A DNA stretch of 64,000 nt, from positions 4,697-68,696 of the forward strand of contig JANNYA010000199.1 in the NCBI GenBank assembly GCA_031409855.1, read 5' to 3'. Below, piece by piece: positions 10,631 through 18,647 of this stretch. Numbering within the stretch: position 1 is the first letter of the stretch; the number at the start of each line of letters is the position of its first letter. Both the position numbers and the translations under genes were made by a program. A model generated the notes under the pieces. The model was not told the origin of the DNA, ran no database searches, and saw nothing but the letters and a program-made list of their open reading frames with translations. This DNA comes from Rhodanobacteraceae bacterium. GTDB taxonomy: Bacteria > Pseudomonadota > Gammaproteobacteria > Xanthomonadales > SZUA-5.

Positions 10631-12874
10631 ATGACTCGGCAACAACGGATAGCGACTATGACAACGAGAAAAATCCAAAGCACGCGCCGACCGCTATTTT
10701 TCGGTCTTGCGTTCGGTTTATTGCTCAGTACTGAGCTGCTAGCAGGAAGTATTCAAGGCATTGGCTTTACGCCTCTGCCGGGCGGAGAGGTGGAGGTTGC
10801 AATTAAACTTGACGGCCCGGCTGACCCCCAAATATTTTCAACTGAGAATCCGGCACGTATTGCACTGGATTTTGCTGACACGAAATTAGCTGTCAAAAAT
10901 CGTGCTGTGAACGTGGGAATGGGTGCGACTAAAACAATAACGGCAGTTGAAGCGGGGAATCGTTCGAGAGTCGTGATTGATCTATTTCGCGCATCTGGAT
11001 ACGAAACCCGAATGGAAGGCGACACACTCGTTGTAAGGGTTAGTAATGGCTTTTCAGGGGAAAGAGCTTCCAGTGGGCGCGCTACCAGCCAAACTCCCCC
11101 AGGCGTTACTCTGGCATCCGCAGCATCCGTGTTGGCGGTGAAAAACGTCGATTTTCGTCGAGGTAAGCAGGGCGAAGGCCGTATATTGATCGATTTTACC
11201 GGCGACGGTGCGACTGCTGACTTAAAGTCCGAAGGCGGCAAGTTGGTTGTTGATGTCTACAATGCTAAAGTGCCGCCCAACATCGCTCAGCGTATGGATG
11301 TCATTGACTTTGCAACCCCTGTGCAGTCCGTTGATGTGATGGCCCGTAGCAACGGTGCCCGTATTGAGATTGGCACGATTGGTGAGTTTGAACAACTGGC
11401 CTATCAAGCAGGGAATCAGTTTGTAGTCGAGATTTCACCAAAGCGCGCGGAGGAAAATAAGAAGAAGAACGCAAATGACCCTCCAGTTTATGCAGGTGCG
11501 CGTGCCACCTACAATTTCCAAGATATTCCTGTGCGATCAGTGCTCCAGTTAATTGCAGATGTGTCCGATTTGAACATTGTCGTTGCTGACACCGTGCAGG
11601 GAAGCGTGACCGTACGCATGATCAATGTGCCATGGGATCAAGCACTTGACATCGTGCTGCAATCGAAGGGTTTAGACAAACGTAGGAATGGAAATATCAT
11701 CTACGTTGCGCCAACCAAGGAAATCGCCGACCGTGAGCAAGCGCTAGAGCGCGCTCGACAGGCGCTTGAGAGCCGCACTTCCCTGGTAACCGATTTTATT
11801 CCAATTGGGTATGGTAAAGCCGAGGAAATCGCACAGTTGCTAACGGCAAAGGCCCTTACTAGTAATGCCGGAAAAGATCAAGGTTCTAATAGTGGCGCTG
11901 AAAAGGGTTTCCTGTCTGCGCGCGGGAGTATCTCGTTCGATGTTCGAACGAATACGCTTTTGGTTGTGGACGTTCCCTCCAAGGTGGCCGCAATCCGTGA
12001 ACTGGTGTTACGTCTTGACAAGCCCATTCAGCAAGTTCTGATTGAATCACGGATTGTTGTAGCTAATGATACTTATTCCAAAGAACTCGGAGTTCGTTTT
12101 GGTTTGTCGGGTGCCAAGGAAGATAGAAATGGCAATGTGCTAAGCGTCGGAGGCAATCTGTTCGCAACCGATGCAATGAGTAACGTCGCCATCGGAAATC
12201 GGTTCGCAGGAAATCCCTCTTCGCTTCCAGTAGGCGTCCAGGGGAGCCTCGGTTCAGGAATTGGTGTGCCAAGTTTAGTAGATCGACTTGGCGTCAATTT
12301 GGCGGTTGGAAATCCGGCTGGCTCTTTCGGTTTCACGCTCTTAGGTAATGATTTTCTATTAGACATGGAATTATCCGCCTTGGAGAACGAGGGACGCGGT
12401 GAAGTTATATCCAGCCCGCGGGTCATTACTGCGAGTTCACGGGAGGCGGTAATTAAGCAAACTAATGAGCTCCCCTATGCTGTGCTTACGCGAAATGATG
12501 ACGGTAGCGTAACGACCACAGCAGCCTTTAAGGAATTTAATTTACTATTGAAGGTTACCCCAACGATTTCGCCAGACCAAAGAATTTTTATGAATCTTGA
12601 AGTGACTCAAGAAACAGTCACTGGGTTTGGTCCTGGTGGCGCGCCAAGTGCACTGAGGCGGCTGATTACTACGGCGATATTGGTTGATAACGGACAAACT
12701 GTAGTCTTGGGGGGGATTCTTGAAAAACAGAGTAGAAACGACAAAACGCAAGTCCCATTTCTAGGCGATCTTCCGGGTTTGGGTACATTGTTTAAAACGA
12801 AAGCGCGTCGTGAATCACGCACCGAGTTGCTGATCTTCGTGACTCCCAAAATATTGCAAGATAGCTTGCGTTAA
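10631..12874 (+). CDS. pilQ: Type IV pilus secretin PilQ
   Basis: Start set at ATG 10631. Signal peptide; two AMIN-like repeats (ARIALDF.., GRILIDF..); secretin N-domain YNFQDIPVRSVLQLIADVSDLNIV; C-terminal secretin core VPFLGDLPGLGTLFK..ELLIFVTPKIL. Confidence 0.95.
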   Translation: MTRQQRIATMTTRKIQSTRRPLFFGLAFGLLLSTELLAGSIQGIGFTPLPGGEVEVAIKLDGPADPQIFSTENPARIALDFADTKLAVKNRAVNVGMGATKTITAVEAGNRSRVVIDLFRASGYETRMEGDTLVVRVSNGFSGERASSGRATSQTPPGVTLASAASVLAVKNVDFRRGKQGEGRILIDFTGDGATADLKSEGGKLVVDVYNAKVPPNIAQRMDVIDFATPVQSVDVMARSNGARIEIGTIGEFEQLAYQAGNQFVVEISPKRAEENKKKNANDPPVYAGARATYNFQDIPVRSVLQLIADVSDLNIVVADTVQGSVTVRMINVPWDQALDIVLQSKGLDKRRNGNIIYVAPTKEIADREQALERARQALESRTSLVTDFIPIGYGKAEEIAQLLTAKALTSNAGKDQGSNSGAEKGFLSARGSISFDVRTNTLLVVDVPSKVAAIRELVLRLDKPIQQVLIESRIVVANDTYSKELGVRFGLSGAKEDRNGNVLSVGGNLFATDAMSNVAIGNRFAGNPSSLPVGVQGSLGSGIGVPSLVDRLGVNLAVGNPAGSFGFTLLGNDFLLDMELSALENEGRGEVISSPRVITASSREAVIKQTNELPYAVLTRNDDGSVTTTAAFKEFNLLLKVTPTISPDQRIFMNLEVTQETVTGFGPGGAPSALRRLITTAILVDNGQTVVLGGILEKQSRNDKTQVPFLGDLPGLGTLFKTKARRESRTELLIFVTPKILQDSLR

Positions 12875-12901
12875 CGTTATTGAGTATTGGAGCAAAATTA
12901 T

Positions 12902-15900
12902 ATGAATAACATGACAAAATCAGCGGCAGGTCTTATTGCCTGTATTATTTTAGCGGGATGCGGAGGTGGCGGATCTGCTGGTTCAAATGACGCACCTGCG
13001 TTCGGCGTAACTGTTCCTAATCCATTGATTGAATTTTTCCCTCTAAAGCCCAGTCTGCTTTCCAACAGAAGTGGGTTCCCGATCGATTTGAATTCGCCCT
13101 ACTTCGCGCAACTGAATGTTAAAATTTCCAACGGTAACGGTGCGATAGCGCCTCCTCTGACTATTGTAGATCTGAGGGTAATTGATCTAAATATTGCGTC
13201 TATAGGTCTGCCGGGTTTTACTGGTCGCTTCGTTTCTGCCTGTAATGGCACCGCATCAGGGATAGCGACCTATTTTATACAGTCGGGGGTGAATGCCGGA
13301 ACTGCACAGTTTGTTGCCAGTGTCGCCGCACCGCTTACTTCTGGCACGGTTAGCGTCGCTGACGGAAGCTGCAGAACCTCATTACCTGAAGGGTTTCGTA
13401 CCATCTCCAAGACTCTAGATTATCCAATCTTAGTCGGACCAGCACCCTTTGTTCGTCTAGAGGCGGTAGCGGGGCGAACCACGCTTCCAGTAAACACATT
13501 TGATGTGCCGGCAACGCCTGGCTCTTCTTTTTTGACGCCGGTTGAGGTTACACAGCGATTCGCAACAGGTGTACTTGCGACTGCGGGAACAATAGTCGCT
13601 ACCGTCGCGCGTCCAGATATAATCCAACTCTCACCTGCGGATGATCCATTGACTCTCGACAACCCGTTGACGTCGGTTATCGAGAACTACGAACTTGATC
13701 AAAAGGCGGCGCGTGTTGAAATCGACGTAGTTGCCGGTAAGGTACTGTTTTATGTGCATTCTAAGCAACGCCCGGGAACGGCGGTTGTTAAAATAACAGG
13801 GAAGGAATGTCCGGATTGTGTTCCTTTCAGTATTGACCTAAATGTGACTGTTAGTTCCACCGTAGCCGGAATTGCGCAAGTGATTATAACTTCAGACACG
13901 CGCGCGGTTTATGTTGCCAATTCCAGCGCCAATACAGTCTTGCCACTTCAAGCGCGCGCTGTCGACGATGCGGGCGAAGGTGCGCCAGACCCAACAATAG
14001 GTGTCAACAATGTATTGCTGGAAATCGTAAATCCTAGTGGGGAAACGTTGGTCGCAACGGCTGCGTCCGGTGCAGGTGTTGAGGGCACAAGCATCCGCAC
14101 CCGCACGACGCAAAGCATCGCTTCCGCTGTGTTCCGCAGTGCTGCGCGCCAGGGCTTAGTTCAAATCCGAGCAACAACGGATCGATTCGATAACAATGTT
14201 GATAACGGGATACAAACGCCTATTTCTGCGACCAAAGGTGTCACCGTATCGGACGGTAAGCTTTTCGACATTAAACTTACGGGTTCTGTGCAAGAGGTGC
14301 TGATCGAGCGACGCTTTATAACCACTGAGTTTCCAGGAACTACCCCCGGATCTGGTGCGCAAAATGGCACGTACGGTGTAGTAATTGGCGCCAGTGCAAC
14401 CGATCGTCAGGGTAATCCAGTGCTGCCTGGAACGGCGATCGAATTTGGCATGGTTGATGCGCCAACTGTGGGTTACCCGAGTGAAGGCCCCGGATTGTTT
14501 GAAATTGCAGGACTCGACGGCGACCCATTGGAAGGCGGGCAACGTTTCACGGCCCCATCGGGTAGTTTCACTACCGCTGGCGGCGGAGCAGGTCCAAACG
14601 ACACGTTAATTCTGTTTGGCGAGGAATCAAACCCGATCCGAGATCTTGAAAGCGCAAGAAAAGTGGCTCGAATTAATGGCCCTGGTAGTTTGGACATCAT
14701 TTCGTCGACCCGTTTTAATCTCAATGACGATACCACCACCGGAATTGCTGTTGATCGTGGTCCCGTGGTTCCCTATGTGATTGGTCGCGCGACGATTGGT
14801 AACGTGACGAACTCCGCCCTAACGAACCAATTTGGTGCCGTTAACACAACGATTAATTATCCAGTTAGTCGTATTGGACATGTATTTGTTCTTTGGGCAC
14901 GAGGAATTGGTGACACGCCAGTCGGCCAAACAACTGCTGAGCTCGTGACCGATGCCGACGCAGGTGTATTCCCTGCTGCTGCCGATGCAAAGATGACCGT
15001 TGGACCCAATTCAATTACTGCCGGTACAGGCAGTCTGGTGCAAATTTGTTTGCGAGACGGCTTCGACAACCCAATTCCTGCGGTTTTTGTACGCTATGGG
15101 TTTAGTAAGGCCATCGGTACAGTGGACGGCGCGACTAACGGAGTAGTGCGCAGTGCAACTGGGCTTAGTGGCTGCACGGTTGCGCTGGTTCGTGCAACTT
15201 TGACCGAAAATTCTGACGGTACGATCATTTTTTCGGCAATCGGGTTAAGTCAGAATGTAACGATCACGAAGGGCGGTGCTTCTGCACAACTGTTCGCCAT
15301 TCCTGGAACCTTAGGTGGCAACGGCGGCAGTGTCACGCTGCGCTTAGTTGATGGCACAGGTGCACCGATTCCCAACGTTCAAATCGCAGGAAAGTGTGAT
15401 GACAAGGCTGGGTTGTCTGTTCCGCCTGGTGCTACCAATGCACAAGGTGAGACGAGCGCAACGATCAGCGCGAATCTAAATGCCGCAGGAACAGCAGGAA
15501 CAGCAAAGTGCGAGTTTTCAGCATTTGGTTCGATCGCCATCGTAACTTTGAATGGTGTTGATATCTGCACGCAGGGCTTCTCACCGCCTCCGGTTGGCTG
15601 CACTGTCCCAACGCCGGTGGTTTTGCCAAGCACCACTTTAACTGTGCTGCTTCAGAGAGCTACTGGGTTACCTTATGTCGCAGCGACCGGTCCGCAGGTG
15701 CAGGTGATTGGTAACGCCGGGGGGGTTAACTGTGTATCAACGGCACCTACCAACGGTGTATGTCCAAGTCTGTCACCAATTCCGAATGGCACCGTGGTTG
15801 CACTGACTGCATCGACAGGGATCAATGGTTTACCAAATGCGGCTAGCTTCTGCCGTTGGACTGGTGCACCGGGTTGTTTCGGTTCGCAACCGACGGTTCA

Positions 15901-15976
15901 GGTCACAATGACCGGGAACTTGACGTGTGTTGCGGTATTCTCGGAAACCGGCCCAGCTGGTTGCCCAACGTTCTAG
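12902..15976 (+). CDS. Large lipoprotein with invasin/Big_1-like Ig repeats and a Cys-rich InlB-B-repeat-like C-terminus; apparently co-transcribed with pilQ
   Basis: ATG 12902 lies 9 nt after GGAG (12889-12892). Lipobox ILAGC followed by GGGGS. Repeated strings of the type ATDRQGNPVLPGTAIEF / LRLVDGTGAPIPNVQIAG..TNAQGETSATISA. C-terminus FCRWTGAPGCFGSQPTVQVTMTGNLTCVAVF. No terminator separates it from pilQ. Confidence 0.8.
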   Translation: MNNMTKSAAGLIACIILAGCGGGGSAGSNDAPAFGVTVPNPLIEFFPLKPSLLSNRSGFPIDLNSPYFAQLNVKISNGNGAIAPPLTIVDLRVIDLNIASIGLPGFTGRFVSACNGTASGIATYFIQSGVNAGTAQFVASVAAPLTSGTVSVADGSCRTSLPEGFRTISKTLDYPILVGPAPFVRLEAVAGRTTLPVNTFDVPATPGSSFLTPVEVTQRFATGVLATAGTIVATVARPDIIQLSPADDPLTLDNPLTSVIENYELDQKAARVEIDVVAGKVLFYVHSKQRPGTAVVKITGKECPDCVPFSIDLNVTVSSTVAGIAQVIITSDTRAVYVANSSANTVLPLQARAVDDAGEGAPDPTIGVNNVLLEIVNPSGETLVATAASGAGVEGTSIRTRTTQSIASAVFRSAARQGLVQIRATTDRFDNNVDNGIQTPISATKGVTVSDGKLFDIKLTGSVQEVLIERRFITTEFPGTTPGSGAQNGTYGVVIGASATDRQGNPVLPGTAIEFGMVDAPTVGYPSEGPGLFEIAGLDGDPLEGGQRFTAPSGSFTTAGGGAGPNDTLILFGEESNPIRDLESARKVARINGPGSLDIISSTRFNLNDDTTTGIAVDRGPVVPYVIGRATIGNVTNSALTNQFGAVNTTINYPVSRIGHVFVLWARGIGDTPVGQTTAELVTDADAGVFPAAADAKMTVGPNSITAGTGSLVQICLRDGFDNPIPAVFVRYGFSKAIGTVDGATNGVVRSATGLSGCTVALVRATLTENSDGTIIFSAIGLSQNVTITKGGASAQLFAIPGTLGGNGGSVTLRLVDGTGAPIPNVQIAGKCDDKAGLSVPPGATNAQGETSATISANLNAAGTAGTAKCEFSAFGSIAIVTLNGVDICTQGFSPPPVGCTVPTPVVLPSTTLTVLLQRATGLPYVAATGPQVQVIGNAGGVNCVSTAPTNGVCPSLSPIPNGTVVALTASTGINGLPNAASFCRWTGAPGCFGSQPTVQVTMTGNLTCVAVFSETGPAGCPTF

Positions 15977-15995
15977 ACAATATCCTATTGCGTTC

Positions 15996-16030
15996 AAAAA
16001 CAAACCCCGCCTTGTGCGGGGTTTGTTTTT
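15996..16030. terminator. Bidirectional rho-independent terminator
   Basis: Perfect 15-bp stem aaaaacaaaccccgc / gcggggtttgttttt with loop cttgt. It lies between the convergent lipoprotein gene (+) and the reductase gene (-). Confidence 0.9.
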
Positions 16031-16084
16031 GGGGCCAACGCTCCACTTTAAAAGTTGTGAGACGTGGTGCAGCCCGTACAGCTG

Positions 16085-16828
16085 CTACCAACCCATGTAA
16101 TGCCCGCCGTTGATTGATAGATTTGCGCCAGTAATCCAGGCCGCTTGTTCATCTACTAAGAAACCCACCGCATAGGCTATTTCATCCGGGCGGCCTAAGC
16201 GCCCGGTTGGTATTTGTGCTTCAATTTTAGCGCGTACTTCTTCAGGTACGGCCATCACCATTTCAGTCGCGACGTATCCCGGCGAAACCGTGTTTACGGT
16301 GATACCGAACTTGGCGTTTTCTTGTGCCAAAGAAATGGTGAATCCATGCATGCCCGCTTTTGACGCGGCATAGTTCGCTTGACCGTATTGGCCCTTTTGG
16401 CCGTTGATTGAAGCGATTTGAATGATGCGGCCCCATTTGCGGCTGCGCATTGAATCAATGAGTGGCTTGGTGACGTTAAAACACGAATTCAAATTGGTAT
16501 TGATGACTTCTTGCCATTGCAGCGCACTCATGCGGTGAAAAGTCGAGTCTCGCGTGATGCCTGCATTGTTGATCAAGATATCGATCGGTCCCAATTCTTT
16601 CTCAACTTGACGCACCATCGCCTCGGCTTGATCCACATGGGCCACATCACCGTGGGCAATAGTGAAATCGAAACCTAGTGCCTTTTGCTGCGCTTGCCAT
16701 TCCTGCGCGCGCGCTAAATCACGATAATTGGTCGCGACTTTATGGCCCAACTGCGCCATTTTTTGACAAAGCGCGGTGCCAATGCCACCAGTTCCACCGG
16801 TGACCAATGCTACTTTTGGATTACTCAT
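16085..16828 (-). CDS. phbB: Acetoacetyl-CoA reductase (PhbB-type SDR)
   Basis: TGGTGGIG, NNAGITRD and YAASKAG motifs. Long collinear similarity to Cupriavidus (Ralstonia) PhbB as I recall it (QQKALGFDF.., NTNL.S.FNVTK, NTVSPGY). Confidence 0.85.
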   Translation of the reverse strand: MSNPKVALVTGGTGGIGTALCQKMAQLGHKVATNYRDLARAQEWQAQQKALGFDFTIAHGDVAHVDQAEAMVRQVEKELGPIDILINNAGITRDSTFHRMSALQWQEVINTNLNSCFNVTKPLIDSMRSRKWGRIIQIASINGQKGQYGQANYAASKAGMHGFTISLAQENAKFGITVNTVSPGYVATEMVMAVPEEVRAKIEAQIPTGRLGRPDEIAYAVGFLVDEQAAWITGANLSINGGHYMGW

Positions 16829-17011
16829 ATTCGCTCTCCCTTAGGTGAATTTGAAATTACACAACATAAAAAATAGGTAGCCAGTGTGCGCATCACCTGC
16901 TTTGCACATTTAGCCACGCGAGTGTAACGACACGCCGTGCCTGATGTGCGTTCAAATTGAGCGAAAGCTCTAGGAGTCTAAGTTTTTTTGCTTACTGGCT
17001 GCGAAGTTGGG

Positions 17012-18439
17012 TTAGCCCTGCATCGCTTCCAACTCTTTCCCCTTGGTTTCATGCACGTATTTGAGAATGAAAACTATCGAAACCAAGGCGGCAATGGCGT
17101 AGAGCGTGTAAGTGCTGGCGAGGCCGATTTTGATCAATAGGATCGGGAAGGTCATTGTGATTAGAAAGTTCGCCAGCCATTGAAATAGCCCGGCGACCGC
17201 AAGCCCAGAGCCGCGAATCTGATTCGGAAACATTTCACCTAGCATGACCCACATCACCGGGCCCCAGGAAAAATTGAAAAACATCACATAGGCGTTCGCC
17301 GCGATCAGCGCCGTGGTGCCCATGCCGCCGGAAAGCTGAAGTTTGCCTGCGCCGTCCAATGCGCCGGTTGCAAATGCAGCGGTCATCAGTGCGAGGGTTA
17401 TCGCCATGCCGAGCGAGCCGATCAGCAGCAGCGGGCGGCGGCCAATGCGATCAATCAGCGTCATCGATAACAAGCAAGCCCCAACGCTGAGCGCGCCGGA
17501 AAGCACGTTGATCAGCATCGCGTCGTTTTCAGAAAACCCGACCGCTTGCCACAGCACCGCGCCGTAGTAAAACACGACATTGATGCCGACTAACTGTTGG
17601 AACGTTGCCAAGCCTATGCCCACCCAAACAATCGGGCGAATTTTGCCGGTGCTGCGTTGAATCAAATCAGAAAGGCGGGGCGCATGGTCGTGTTCCAGCG
17701 ATTTAGTAATTTCGTCCAACTTAATTTTTGCTTGGCATACGCCGTATAGGCGCGTCAGCACCGCTAAACCTAATTCTTTGCGGCCCTGCGCCACTAAAAA
17801 GCGTGGGCTTTCGGGAATAAACATCAGCGTGATCAAAAACAAGGTGGCGGGAATAATCTGAATCCAAAACATCCAGCGCCAAGCCTCAAAACCCCACCAA
17901 AATAGCTGGGTAGACGAGCCGGCGTATTTAGCCAATAAGTAGTTGCTGACGAACGCGGAAAATAGCCCGGCGATAATGGCAATTTGTTGCACCGAACTCA
18001 GCCTGCCGCGATAGCGCGCCAATGAAACTTCGCTGATATAGGCCGGGGAAATCACACTGGCAGCACCTACGGCTAGCCCACCGAGCACCCGATACAGCAC
18101 GAATTCTAGTGATGAGGCAGAGATTCCTGCGCCCCAGGCGGACACCAGAAAAAATATCGCCGCCACAATCAGCACCCAGCGGCGGCCATAAACATCAGAA
18201 AGCCGACCGGCGAAAAATGCGCCAACCGCGCAACCCAGCAGCATCGAAGAAACGTTGAAACCGGTGCCCATTGAATCCGAGTTGAATGCCAGTTTTAAGC
18301 CATCAACGGTTCCATTGATCACGCCGCTGTCAAAGCCAAATAAAAAGCCGCCGATGGTGGCGACACAGCTAATCAAAATAATAAAGAAGTTGTTGGCTGC
18401 GCCATCGCCGTGGCTGTGCGCTTTCGTTGCTGTGGTCAT
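17012..18439 (-). CDS. MFS sugar-porter family transporter (sugar:H+ symporter)
   Basis: Start set at MTTATKAH (18439). Contains GFLFGFDSGVI, GRR, PESPRFL and HETKGKELE, the sugar-porter signatures. 12 predicted TM helices. Confidence 0.9.
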   Translation of the reverse strand: MTTATKAHSHGDGAANNFFIILISCVATIGGFLFGFDSGVINGTVDGLKLAFNSDSMGTGFNVSSMLLGCAVGAFFAGRLSDVYGRRWVLIVAAIFFLVSAWGAGISASSLEFVLYRVLGGLAVGAASVISPAYISEVSLARYRGRLSSVQQIAIIAGLFSAFVSNYLLAKYAGSSTQLFWWGFEAWRWMFWIQIIPATLFLITLMFIPESPRFLVAQGRKELGLAVLTRLYGVCQAKIKLDEITKSLEHDHAPRLSDLIQRSTGKIRPIVWVGIGLATFQQLVGINVVFYYGAVLWQAVGFSENDAMLINVLSGALSVGACLLSMTLIDRIGRRPLLLIGSLGMAITLALMTAAFATGALDGAGKLQLSGGMGTTALIAANAYVMFFNFSWGPVMWVMLGEMFPNQIRGSGLAVAGLFQWLANFLITMTFPILLIKIGLASTYTLYAIAALVSIVFILKYVHETKGKELEAMQG

Positions 18440-18647
18440 GGGATGCCTTGAATTTGGGATCGGTATGTATTTTGTGCCCAACTGAAATGGCAGCAAGATT
18501 TCTGCATTCTGACGCAGCTGTCTGTGCAATTAAGAAATTCGCACTCCGCTGCATTCGTATTCATAGCGCAAAAATCGTCAGCTTCGATTTCACACTCCGC
18601 GATTTTTGCGACACACTTGGCGCTTCCGTGGCCGCCTGTGACTGCTT

